Assembly: GCF_006345805.1 (NCBI RefSeq)
Contig: NW_021834808.1
Location: 1-45,447, forward strand
Source of the DNA: Octopus sinensis
Lineage: Eukaryota
DNA: 45,447 nucleotides
Direction of reading: 5' to 3'
Part shown: positions 1-10,851 of the stretch, one piece after another
How the letters are laid out: the number at the start of each line of letters is the position of its first letter
Position numbering within the stretch: position 1 is the stretch's first letter
Made by a program: the position numbers and the translations under genes
The notes under the pieces: generated by a model
What the model was told of the DNA's origin: nothing
Seen by the model: only the letters and a program-made list of their open reading frames with translations
Databases searched by the model: none

Positions 1-689
1 TCCAAGTGGTTCCAATATATGGTAAACACACATTCTATTTGTTTTTTCTTTTCTTTTCGTTTTTTTTTTACTCTGCCAATTCTCTTCAAATAATCATATC
101 CTCTCATCTGACATCACGTTAGATCTTCTTACCATCTCTGATGATGTTCGTGGCGAAACGAACACAAATATACGCACAGCGATATTTACTCGGAGTACAC
201 ACACACACACATGCACGCACATACTCACGCATACACACACACACACACACACATACACAAGCATTTGGTCGCGAGCACATACACCAATCGCATACACAAA
301 CATGTACACATGCACATAGACAATACTTTTCACAGCTTTTGTTTTAAAAGTCTGCATGTGTACTCACAAATGTATGTACATGTATGTATGCATATACGCT
401 CGAATAGACATGACTGAGTGTTGTTTGTGGTGTGTGCGTATGTGTGTGTGTGTCTGTGGATATTTGAGAGTGCTGTCAAGCGTATGCAGACCAACATTCG
501 TTTCACGTGATGCCACAGAACAACTAATTATATTTTCAAAACTATTGACGCATATTTTCTCTCTTTACTGATTGTTTTAAGAAAATATTTTAGAATATCT
601 TGGAATACATAACACTATGATACAATAATATATACATATGCACACAAACACACACGTATGCACCAACATACAATGAGACTCTCATATAC

Positions 690-728
<39 letters not shown>

Positions 729-974
729 AGTCACTTAAAAATACCCGCGATCGAATAACACCGTTTACAGGACACTGCTTCGAAGGACCAATTATAAACA
801 TCATTGAAACTCACACACAAGGTACAGGAAACTTCTATATGCACCATTCTGCTTAAATAATGAAACTGCAGATACAATATCCTCATGTGTCTCACGTCTG
901 TTTTCATTCATCCACTTCACTCTGTATTTCATATCTTCTCTATAATAACTTTTACTTAAACATTTACTCACACC

Positions 975-1022
975 GTTTCAGATGAAGGGATATATAAAAT
1001 ATCCCAGAAAGAGCTGTAAGAC
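975..1022 (+). ncRNA. Degenerate minimal type-I hammerhead ribozyme (Penelope-type)
   Basis: Stem I GUUU(975-978)/AGAC(1019-1022); core CAGAUGA (U4>A versus CUGAUGA); stem II GGGAUAU/AUAUCCC; GAAA at 1007-1010; stem III AGAGCUGU, one change from the palindrome ACAGCUGU; H17=A1018. Confidence 0.6.
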
Positions 1023-1169
1023 CTTCTCTTAATAAATGTTCTGAAAACTATTCACAGCTTTGGATTTTTTAAATCTCATTCTGTTAATATATATTTGAAC
1101 ACTTCATAATTTAAGTATGTTTGTCCAATTTTTACCTTGTAGCTTTAAACCCTCCTCACCCCACCCTTT

Positions 1170-1231
<62 letters not shown>

Positions 1232-1248
1232 CATACATACATACATAC

Positions 1249-1328
<80 letters not shown>
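1170..1328. repeat. (TA)n microsatellite
   Basis: Direct reading; accounts for the IY-repeat ORFs. Confidence 0.95.
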
Positions 1329-1650
1329 TTGTACCATTGATAAGCAAAAAGTTTAGTTGGTGTGTGAATAAAACTATTAAAAATGTCTACAGGTATTTTT
1401 AGATTCAGGTGCGTTTTCGAACGAATTTTCCTTTATATGTATATATCTTCAAGCATACACAAACGCAAGCGCATAGACACACACACGCACGTACCAGGCA
1501 TGCACAAACAAATACAATTTAGTGCAACGCTACAAGCATAGACAGGAATATCTAGGTAAGTACATGTATACTAAGTCTATAATCCTGAGATGAGGAATTA
1601 TGTCCATTATTTACAATAGACGGATATTTGTCCTGCCCTTGTTTGTTGCT

Positions 1651-1696
1651 ATCACAACGCTTCGGCTGATTTACTCCCCTGTCTTCATCAGGTGTT
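1651..1696 (-). ncRNA. Degenerate hammerhead ribozyme (inverted copy of 2320-2365)
   Basis: Minus strand reads AACAC-CUGAUGA-A-GACAG..CAGCC-GAAG-CGUU-GUGAU. A15.1>G and stem II mutations suggest it is inactive. Confidence 0.55.
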
Positions 1697-2319
1697 CTTG
1701 GTGGAATTTCGAACCCAACCTTTTATTACAATAATGGGGTACTCTCTTCTCATTCCTAAGATACTTTGTTAATTTTCTTTTTTTGATGATTTTATTTTTT
1801 ATCCTTGCCTGGGATTGAACTTATAATCCGAGGATTACAGCTCGCGCTCTTATCTACTACGCAAGTATAGAGTGGATTTTTAGGGTTTATAAACCTAGTA
1901 TTTTATCTTTTCTTAATACTGGTTCCCTTATTACATTCATATCCGCACTCGGTCTGTTTAGGGGGTTATTATGTCCTAGCATATCTGCTGCCTCTTTTGA
2001 TTTTCGTATTTTCCAGTGGTGTTTACTTCATCCCCACAGGGAAGGAGGAATGTTTCACTTTTGTATAACCAACCACAGCTGCATGGGATGGGCTACACGC
2101 AGTTTTTGGTCACCTTCTTTTCTATGGGTGTATTTATTCGGTGAAGAGATTTCCGAAGTGTTGTATTACTTCTGAATACTGTCATGGTGTCACATGGACC
2201 GAATGTCTTTTGTATCATCAGAAAAATATTACACCAGGAAATAAAAGCAAGAATAGCCTAGGAATGAGAACAGAGTACCCTATTAGTCAAATAAAGGGTT
2301 GGGTTCGAAATTCCACCAG

Positions 2320-2365
2320 AACACCTGATGAAGGCTGGAGATTACATGAGCCGAAACGTTGTGTT
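2320..2365 (+). ncRNA. Minimal type-I hammerhead ribozyme with intact core
   Basis: Stem I AACAC(2320-24)/GUGUU(2361-65); CUGAUGA 2325-31; extra A; stem II GGCU/AGCC; GAA; palindromic stem III ACGU (2356-59); H17=U2360. Predicted cleavage between 2360 and 2361. Confidence 0.75.
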
Positions 2366-2529
2366 AACAACAAACAGGGTGAGGGCACCTGTCCGCCCAC
2401 TGTAAATAAGTGGATGTATATTGGAAATTGACGGGACCCCAGTTCTCTCTCTCCGTCACACAGATACACGTGCACCTACATGTACACACACGTTCATAAA
2501 CGCTCTCATATGAGTATCCACTCACGTGT

Positions 2530-2772
2530 GTATAAGCATATGTGTGTATGTATGTGTATATTTGTGTATGTGTGTGTCTGTATGGATGTATGTTTGTATG
2601 TGTGTATGCTATGTATGTATGTTTGTGTATGTTTGTATGTATGTGTATATGTATGTGTGTATGTATGTGTGTATGTACGTATGTATGTGTGTATGTGTGT
2701 GTGTATGTGTGTATGTATGTATGTATTTACGTATGTATATATGTATGTATGTATGTACGTATGTATGCATGT
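2530..2772. repeat. Imperfect (TATG)n/(TG)n microsatellite
   Basis: Direct reading. Confidence 0.9.
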
Positions 2773-3354
2773 CATTATTCTGATGTTTTATTTCAAATTT
2801 TCTTGCCAATACAGAAAGAGCCGTTTTCTAACCTTGATCCAAGGATCCTTCATTGGAATTTCAAAATTAACAACAGGGTACTTTTTGTTTGTATGTCTTT
2901 TCTGTTTTTAAAATTATTATAAATCTTCCACTGAGGAGGGAGCTAGTTTCCAACAAAGATACGAGGCTCCATCTTTGGGATGCAGTTAACATAGACAAAT
3001 TCACATTTGGAACTTGAGAAAAGTCTTGCATATTTTTACTGTTCCACTCACAGATTGCACTTATAATGTACGAATTAGTTGGCCGACTTCTCTTTCTGAA
3101 AATCCTGGTTTAACCAGATTCTCCTTTAAGCATTTACTAACAAAACCTAGTGCTCCAAATATTATTGGTATGAATATGAATTCATAGTCTGGATATAGAA
3201 GCTGGAGGTTTCGAAGCAGTTATCCACAGATATCCTCTTTTTTCTTTGATTTTTAAACAGATATTTATATCTGCAGGACAGCTGACCTCTATGATGGTAC
3301 CTACCTTTGTCCCTCTATCCCAAACATTAATATCCGGTCTGTTACATTTACGTT
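2773..3354 (-). mobile_element. 5'-truncated R4/Dong-type non-LTR retrotransposon (restriction-like endonuclease C-terminus plus 3' UTR)
   Basis: Minus strand reads KCNRPDINVWDRGTKVGTIIEVSCPADINICLKIKEK, then after a frameshift LLRNLQLLYPDYEFIFIPIIFGALGFVSKCL...QSVSGTVKICKTFLKFQM* (stop at 3001-3003). The RPD..E PD-(D/E)xK motif and GALG are characteristic of RLE LINEs. The 3' UTR runs to ~2773. Confidence 0.8.
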
Positions 3355-3356
3355 TG

Positions 3357-3387
<31 letters not shown>

Positions 3388-3471
3388 TGTATATATGTAT
3401 GTATGTATGTATATATATAATAAATAATGTATATATATATATGTATATACATAATAAATAATGTATATATG

Positions 3472-3526
<55 letters not shown>

Positions 3527-3550
3527 CATATATATATATATGTATATATA
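3355..3550. repeat. (TATG)n then (TA)n microsatellite
   Basis: Direct reading. Confidence 0.9.
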
Positions 3551-4826
3551 TTAGGTTGTCAAGAGGTCCTTGCGGAACTTTTAATTTTGGTTTTAAACTA
3601 TGTATTTTAAATTAATTTCGTTCAATTACTTTGATTTTATCACTTTAAAACCCGTTTTTCGCACTATCTAATCCTGTCACTCTTTTCCTTTTTGAATAAT
3701 TAGGCCATTTTTTCCGAAACGTTGATTACAACAGGGACAAAAAGCAAATTCGCACAATTTTCTTATTCCAGTTCAAGCTACGCCGAAAAGCTGCTGAAAC
3801 AGCTCGCGATATCAACGATGCGTTTGGCCCAGGGACCACTAATTAACGTACAGCACAATGGTGGTTCAAGAAATTTCGTAGCGGCGACGAGAGTCTTGAA
3901 GATGATCAGCGTAGTGGTCGACCATCCGATGTTGGATACAATGAACTAAGAGCCTTAGTCGAAACCTATCCAGGCACAACTGTTCGAGAGCTTGCTTCTG
4001 AATTAGACGTAACGTATATGACAATTTCTAACCACTTGAAATAGACTGGAAAAATAAAAATACTTGAGAAATGGGTGCCGCAGGAACTGAACGACAACCA
4101 AAAAAATATTTAAAATACACGCCGTTTTGAAGTGTCGTTTTCCCTTCATTTACGCAATAAGGACGACCCGTTTCTGAACCGGATTGTGACTTGCGATGAA
4201 AAGTGGATTCTTTACAACCGGCGACGCTCAGTTCAGTGGTTGGACACCGACGATGCTCCACGCCACTTCCCGAAACCAAAGTTGCACCAAAAGAAGGTCA
4301 TGGGGACAATTTGGTGGTCTCATCCATCACAGCTTTTTGGATCCAGGCGAAACCATTACGGCAGAGAAGTACCTTCAGCAAATGAATGAAATGCATAAGA
4401 AACTCTGACAGCAACAGCCAGCATTGGTCAATAGAAAAGGACCAATTCTTCTCCACGACAACGCTCGTCCGCACGTCGCACAACTGACCCTGCAGAAGTC
4501 GAACGAATTGGGCTACGAAACTCTGCCTCATCCTTCATACTCACCAGACCTTTCGCCTACCGACTATTGCTTTTTCAAGCATCTCGACAACTTCCTGCGT
4601 GAGAAATGCTTCAAAAACCAAAACAATGTCAAACACGCCTTCAACAACTTAATCGCCACCAGAACGCAGGATTTTAACGCTACTGGCATAAATAAACTTG
4701 TTTCGCGTTGGCAAACGTGTGTTGATTTTGATGGTGTTTACTTTGATTAACAAAGTTTTGTTTGAGCCGAGATATGTGCATCTAAATTTAAAGGTTAAAA
4801 GCCACAAGAACTTTCTTGACACCTTA
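3551..4826 (+). mobile_element. Full-length (1276 bp) decayed mariner DNA transposon, Hsmar1/cecropia-like
   Basis: Imperfect TIRs: left TTAGGTTGTCAAGAGGTCCTTGCGG, right (reverse complement) TAAGGTGTCAAGAAAGTTCTTGTGG. TA at 3549-50 and 4827-28. Encloses a transposase pseudogene. Confidence 0.92.
3721..4750 (+). pseudogene. Mariner DD34D transposase pseudogene
   Basis: DKKQIRTIFLFQFK..AAETARDIN..WWFKKFRSGDESLEDDQRSGRP; KWVPQEL; [11 protein letters not shown]; LLHDNARPH; HPSYSPDLSPTDY. Has in-frame stops, a 12-nt insertion near 4108 and a frameshift near 4320. Confidence 0.93.
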
Positions 4827-4845
4827 TAATATATATATATAATAT

Positions 4846-4928
<83 letters not shown>

Positions 4929-4938
4929 TATGTATATA
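4827..4938. repeat. (TA)n microsatellite
   Basis: Direct reading. Confidence 0.95.
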
Positions 4939-5519
4939 TGGGACGTCACCAACTGTGTAAACAACATGGAATACGTAGACAAACGAGTTAAATGCGTAAA
5001 CAATGAAAAAGTGTAAAACAGGACAAGTAACACATAGAGAAACGCCCCTTAATTTATTATCAGCTGTCTATCTTCATTTCGAGCATTCAACGACAATAGG
5101 AGTCTTCAAAGACAGTTTCCCCCATACATTCTAAAATAAAATTCAGAATTTATGGAGGGTCAGACTTGGGAACAAAAACAGGACAGTGGAGACATACAAG
5201 GAAAACGAACGAAAACAAACATGGAAGGTCGTTAGACCAGAACGAGAGGAAAATAGTGAATGTTGGCAGAACTATTTTTTTTCAAAAGAGAAAAATAGAA
5301 GAGAGAAAAAAAAACGCCCGGTCCTTTGAACGTCCGTGCAGGAAAAGAAAGATGGTCGCGTGAGGAAAGGAAATATGGACGAGGGTCACGTTTGGGCAAC
5401 GAGAGAGAGAAAAAAGTGGGGGTTGATATATACACATATAAAAAATTTTAAATATCATTGTAGTACAATACAATAATATCATTTTCTAGTCAAATGAAGC
5501 ACTGTAAAGATAGAATAAT

Positions 5520-5711
5520 AAATAAGAAATAGTGGTACAACAAGGCACCAATGTTTACTGAAAATAGCAGTCGATAACAAATCTAGATGAAGAGGACTAA
5601 TTAAATTTACGCTAACAACCGTATTTCGGGTAGTCCGAAACTCGGGTCCTAGACTATCCAGAGGTTATCGACTGCTATTTCCAGTAAACATTGTGCCACT
5701 ATTTCTTATTT
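5520..5711 (+). mobile_element. Mini foldback unit: ~48-bp inverted arms enclosing a hammerhead (probable PLE 3'-tip remnant)
   Basis: 5520-5578 and 5664-5711 are reverse complements (aaataagaaatagtgg(t/c)ac..aatgtttactg(a/g)aaatagcagtcgataac; 11-nt insertion in the left arm). The hammerhead lies between them. Confidence 0.6.
5582..5653 (+). ncRNA. Type-I hammerhead ribozyme with a single core substitution
   Basis: Stem I UCUAG/CUAGA; AUGAAGA (C3>A); stem II GGACUA/UAGUCC with a 31-nt loop; GAAA 5637-40; stem III ACUCGGGU; GUC triplet with C17=5648. Confidence 0.75.
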
Positions 5712-6159
5712 CTCTCTCTCTCTTTCACACACACACACGTACGTGTGTACGTGTGTGTGTGTGAAAGACACGCACATATCATGCACACACGAATGATAAA
5801 CCAATAATGATAGATTTGATATCATACGTAAATAACTGTAATTATTTTCTTTGAAATTTATGCTAATATATAGTTTTCGTTGTAAATTTATATGCATGTA
5901 TGTAAGTATATCCATATGTATGTGTGCGTGTGTGTATAATTGCATTGTTTGTCCAGGTGCATGCGTACATTATGTATGCGCATGTGTTTGTGCATATAGC
6001 CGAGTACGTATGTTTGAAACTTCGTGCGCTTGTATATAATCCGTTTTCATAAACATATATGCGTAACGTTCACAGGGAGTGGCCACAGTCACATACACTG
6101 GCACTACACACAGACACACACACACACACCACACACACACACAGACACACATCTATATC

Positions 6160-6374
6160 TTTCTTTTATTCGTTTATTCGTTTACTTGTTTCAGACATTT
6201 TGACTGTGGGCATGCTGGAGCACCACCTTTAGTCGAGCAAATCAACCCCAGGACTTATTCTATCGGTCTCTTTTGTCGAACCGCTAAGTTACGGGCACGT
6301 AAACACACCAGCATCGGTTGCCAAGCGATGTTGGGTGGACAAACCACAGACACACAAACATATACACAAGCATA

Positions 6375-6414
<40 letters not shown>

Positions 6415-6577
6415 CGACGGGCTTCTTTCAGTTTCCCTCTAAAAAATCCACTCACAAGTCTTTGGTCATGCCAAGGCTATATAAGTAGAAGACACTTGCC
6501 CAAGGTGCCACGCAGTGGGACTGAACGCGAAACCTTGTGGTTGGGAAGCAAGCTTCTTACCACATAGCAACGCCAGC
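6160..6577 (-). mobile_element. tRNA-derived SINE, family A (internal microsatellite)
   Basis: Minus head GGCGTTGCTATGTGGTAAGAAGCTTGCTTCCCAACCAC..GTTCAGTCCCAC..CCTTGGGCAAG, central (TG)/(TA) tract, tail ..CATGCCCACAGTCAAAATGTCTGAAACAAG. At least six homologous copies occur in the window. Confidence 0.88.
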
Positions 6578-6619
6578 TCATATATGTGTCTGTGTGTGTG
6601 TATGTATGTACATATGTAT

Positions 6620-6665
6620 ACAGATAGATAGACAGAGGTAGATAGATAGACAGATAGATAGATAA

Positions 6666-6741
<76 letters not shown>

Positions 6742-6766
6742 TTAGATAGAACGATAGATAGGTAGA
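6620..6766. repeat. (GATA)n microsatellite
   Basis: Direct reading. Confidence 0.95.
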
Positions 6767-7007
6767 TAAACGCAGATGAAAAAACCCGCACACAAGCATT
6801 CCTAGAAAACTGATTATGCAAGCTGTGTGTTTCTCTGCATGTTTATGAATATGGATATTAATGCCAGTTCGAAAATGTCAGTGCAAAGGTAGGTTTGTCT
6901 TTGAATAATTTTCAAATAAATCAGCGATTCTGAATTCTTTTACACGAATTCGTTACTGCATAATCACGATATTTGGTGCCATAGCTCTGTAATTGTCTTC
7001 TAGCAAA

Positions 7008-7035
7008 TCATTCGCTCCCTCTCAATTTCTCTTCA

Positions 7036-7070
<35 letters not shown>

Positions 7071-7610
7071 CGTCACTCTGCTTCTCTCTCTCTCCTCTTT
7101 TCCCCTGTTAATGAAAACAAAGAACTCAAACGTTACAATCCAATAATAAAGAATTAACACAATGCCATAATGCCAATATTTGCAAGAATTCATAAAAAGA
7201 AACCTTCTTCTTCTTCTTCTTCTTCTCGTCGTCGTCGTCGTCGTCCTCTCCTCCTCCTCCATCCCTTCCTCCTCCATCCCTTCCTCCTCCATCCCTTCCT
7301 CCTCGCCCTCCTCCTCCTCGCCCTCCTCGCCCTCCTCCTCCTCCTCCTCTTCCTCCTCCTATCTTTCCCCTCCTCCCATCTTCCCCTCCTCTCATCTTCC
7401 CCTCCTCCTTCCCTTCGTCCTCCTTCCCTTCGTCCTCCTTCCCTTCGTCTCCTTCCCCTCCCCTTCCTTCTCCTCCTCTTCCTTCCCATCTCTTCCTTCC
7501 CGTTCTCTTCCTTTCCCGTCCTCTTCCTTCCCGTTCTCTTCCTTTCCCGTCCTCTTTCTTCTCCTCTCCTTCCTCCCCCTCCTCCTCTTCACCTCCTCTT
7601 TTTCGCACCA
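7008..7610. repeat. Polypyrimidine low-complexity tract (CT)n/(CTT)n/(CCT)n
   Basis: Direct reading; source of the poly-S/L/P and poly-E/R/G ORFs. Confidence 0.92.
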
Positions 7611-8395
7611 CCCAGTCATGGAATCAAACCCACTTTCTAGCTATCGCGACTGCAGCATCTTTACCACCAGGCCACACATTTTTACACACACACACACGTA
7701 TGTATATGTATATATAAATATGTATGTATGTGTGTGTGTGTGCATATGTGTGCGTGCATTTAAAGGTCCGATTTAAAGTCAAGTCAAAGAATTTTGTTGT
7801 TTTATTGACCAAAGTCTCCTATTTGCTTTTGTTTCCAAACTGAATGTCTTTTAATCAAAACTCCGTTTTGATTAACAGACGATCTTATTTCCAGAATCCT
7901 TGTTGCAATACCAAACATGTTCATACAATCCTTGCTAACGATTATTCGAGATATTCGGACAATACAGGATTAACTGTTTTCTTTGATTAACGGTATACAA
8001 GACTAACATTGCTTCCATCTTAATTGGTTCCATTCTTGTATTCTTATCATTTGTTCATGTTTAAGATGGAAGAAATCTTTGCCGGATTCCAAGTTACAGA
8101 ACAAACAAACGATCATGATTTTATTTTAGCTAGTAATACCCCTCTAGTGCTTACACGATAGTAAGTACTTTTAATGGTTGACATGGGCAACATCAGTAGT
8201 CAATGCTCGTGGTCCATTTACAGGGAGCCTAAGATTAGGAACGAGGAAAATGGAGAAAAATATCAAGTTCTTCTCAGTCCATTGACATTGTACGAATGCT
8301 TGAAACAGAGGAGACTTTAATAAAAGACCTCAGTTATCAGGTGATTGATATAGACTACTATCTAAGATCATGTAGCGTCCTTTCAGCAGGATTCC

Positions 8396-8520
8396 TCACA
8401 GTTTCCGTCTACCGGGGCTTGAAGTTGTTGTGGATGTAGATCTCCGTCAGCGTGCTTCCCAAGTTTCTACTCAGTGGATTGTAATCTGGAACCACAGGTC
8501 AACGAAGCCTGCCAGACCAC
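8396..8520 (-). mobile_element. Highly degenerate SINE family A 5' fragment
   Basis: cagtttccgtctacc..ccaag..cagtgg..tggaaccac matches family A on the minus strand. Confidence 0.45.
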
Positions 8521-8689
8521 AGTTACTGATTAAGATATTCTTCAGATCTTACAAGACGCGTGCTTCGATGAAATATCAATCACCGTTTATCGATCTCTCC
8601 ATCATAAAGTGTTCTTTTTCTTCCAGTGCACAACATTGCTTTTTCTCCTCTCCTCTCTATAAAACAGTATTTGCTCCTCCATCTCTGTC

Positions 8690-8882
8690 ACGCTGTCTCT
8701 GTCTCTCTCTATCTGTCAGTCTGTCTCTGTCTGTCAGTCTGTCTGTTAGTCTGTCTCTGTCTCTACCTTTCTGTTTGTCAGTCTGTCTCTCTGTCTATCT
8801 GTCTATCTGTCTGTCAATCTGTCTGCCAGTCTCTCTCTGTCTCTGTCTTTCTATCTGTCAGTCTGTCTGTCTGTCTGTCTCC
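8690..8882. repeat. Imperfect (TCTG)n microsatellite
   Basis: Direct reading. Confidence 0.9.
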
Positions 8883-9084
8883 CATGCCAGGCATACTATT
8901 CATACAATTTCATTTCCAAACACTTAACCGGTTTAATTATTCTTTCATAATATCACCACCCCCTTTACACTATATATGTAACCATCCTCTGGTGAGAACA
9001 CAATAAGGTTCGAAAATCGATTAAGGTTGTTCATTTTTTCAGTCAGTGGACACATTGCTAAAATTTGCCCTGTTTATAATCATA

Positions 9085-9086
<2 letters not shown>

Positions 9087-9143
<57 letters not shown>

Positions 9144-9198
9144 CATACATATATATATAATATATATATATGTATATATATATACATATGTATATAAC

Positions 9199-9255
<57 letters not shown>

Positions 9256-9281
9256 ATATAATATATATATATATTATATAT

Positions 9282-9362
<81 letters not shown>
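9087..9362. repeat. (TA)n microsatellite
   Basis: Direct reading. Confidence 0.95.
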
Positions 9363-9366
<4 letters not shown>

Positions 9367-9559
9367 AAGCATCCATTCTATAGATAACTGTTCGTTAATC
9401 CATCCTCTGTACATATAGCCATCCGTACACTAGCCGTGCCTGACCTTATATTACCATGTCAACTGTATTCTTTGGTGCCATGCTTCCTGTGAAGGTTGTT
9501 ATATCTCCGGAATTGTCTCAATGATTCCACCTAACGTCAATCTAAAATGTTATTGACTC

Positions 9560-9963
9560 TACCACGACGACGACGAGGACGACGACGACGACCACCACCA
9601 CTACCACGACCACTATCACTACCACCACTACCATCACCATTACCGCCATCACCACCACCATCACCACCACCGCCACCACCACCACCATCACCCCCACCCC
9701 CCCCACCACTGCTGCAACGACGACCACCACAGGCAGCAGCAGCAGCACCACCACCACCACTACCATTACCATCATCACTGCCACGACGTCGACCACGACG
9801 ACAACAAAGACCAGCACCACCAGCACCACCACCAGCACCACCACCACCACTGTCACGACGACGACGAAGACTACAGCCGCCGACACCACCAGCACCGCTA
9901 TTACCACCACCATCACCACTATACTGCTGCTCCTGCAACTACTACTACTACTACTACTACTGT

Positions 9964-10005
<42 letters not shown>
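9560..10005. repeat. Compound trinucleotide repeat (ACG/CCA/CAG)n followed by (CTA)n
   Basis: Direct reading; the poly-P/V/G/Y ORFs are artefacts. Confidence 0.92.
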
Positions 10006-10006
<1 letters not shown>

Positions 10007-10851
10007 GAGTCGCTGAACATCAGAGTCCTTAGCCAGCTGTCATATTCGCCAAAAGGTTTGATTTTGGCTCACATTTTTGAATAGACTCTTTGTGATTGAT
10101 TATCTGTTCTCCGCAGTCATCCGCCCGCCTGTCTGTTCCATCTACATTCAGCTTTGTTTCGCGTAGGATTATCTTAGATCGATAAAGACTACCAATCAAT
10201 AACCAATAGCGATAAAAAAAAACTCTTGCTGTCTCGACTTTCATCTCTAATCTCCTCAAGCAGTTCTCACTTGTTAAAGGTCAACTCGTAATCTATTCAC
10301 TGATGTCTAGTTTCTACTTCGTACTAATTTGTCTAGTCCATCCTCTCATCATATTCGTTTATATCATCGCCTTTCATGTTTACTAATCTCTTACAAAATT
10401 CACTTTCTTCTCAGCTTTTTAGACACTATTTTATAATGGTTGTCTGGCCAGAAGTGAAAAGCAGTTTCTTTTGTGTTCTCTGGTGGTTTTCTTCCTTTGC
10501 AATATTTGCCATTATTCTTCGCCTCTAAATCATTACTACAGAAACAGTATTTCGTTTCGATACTGAATTCTCATATAGAGTCGATCTCCGGTTTAATTTA
10601 GTAAATACTGTGTGAAATGCATAAAAGTAATCACCTTGTCGCTCTATGCAATGTCTTTTGCGGACCGAAAAAAAGGGTTCAACAGACTTGATTTAATCTT
10701 GTATCGGGTAGCCATCATCGACTGAGTAACCTTTCTTACTCTACATGGAAGCCTCACAAACAAACCCACTATTACTAGCTGTCAAAAATGCGTTACATAT
10801 GCAAATTGGTCTTTCCGATTTACTAAGACTATTTATAATAATAGAATAATT

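Larger units (their letters stand above)
1605..2412. mobile_element. Penelope-like element remnant with divergent inverted terminal repeats, each carrying a hammerhead motif
   Basis: ~1605-1762 is the reverse complement of ~2266-2412 (ggaatgagaa..gagtaccc..ggttgggttcgaaattccacca..gaacacctgatgaag..agccgaa.cgttgtg..aacaaaca..tgtaaataa). Hammerheads in terminal repeats and inverted pLTRs are established PLE features. No PLE ORF recognised. Confidence 0.65.

Noticed and set aside
138-170. CUGAUGA..GAAA spacing resembling a hammerhead
   Set aside because: There is no U-H cleavage site or stem I/III pairing, and an alternative UGUUCG/CGAACA hairpin explains the pattern.
2927-2970. CUGAGGA plus a GGAGC/GCUCC stem as a hammerhead
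   Set aside because: No GAAA follows the stem, and the stem is part of the duplicated unit in the RLE LINE 3' UTR on the opposite strand.
5064-5115. Possible minus-strand hammerhead relic (CUGUC/GACAG stem I, GAAA, UA)
   Set aside because: The core reads UUUGAAGA, and stems II and III do not pair. It is too degenerate to call, although the region may be PLE-derived.
7780-8200. Possible very old LINE coding remnant on the minus strand
   Set aside because: No diagnostic motif was recoverable by eye; it would need BLASTX against TE proteins.
10190-10560. Possible RTE-clade LINE C-terminal remnant on the minus strand
   Set aside because: Only vague resemblance (..LRRLEMKVETARV..YW), with many stops; not supportable without an HMM search.
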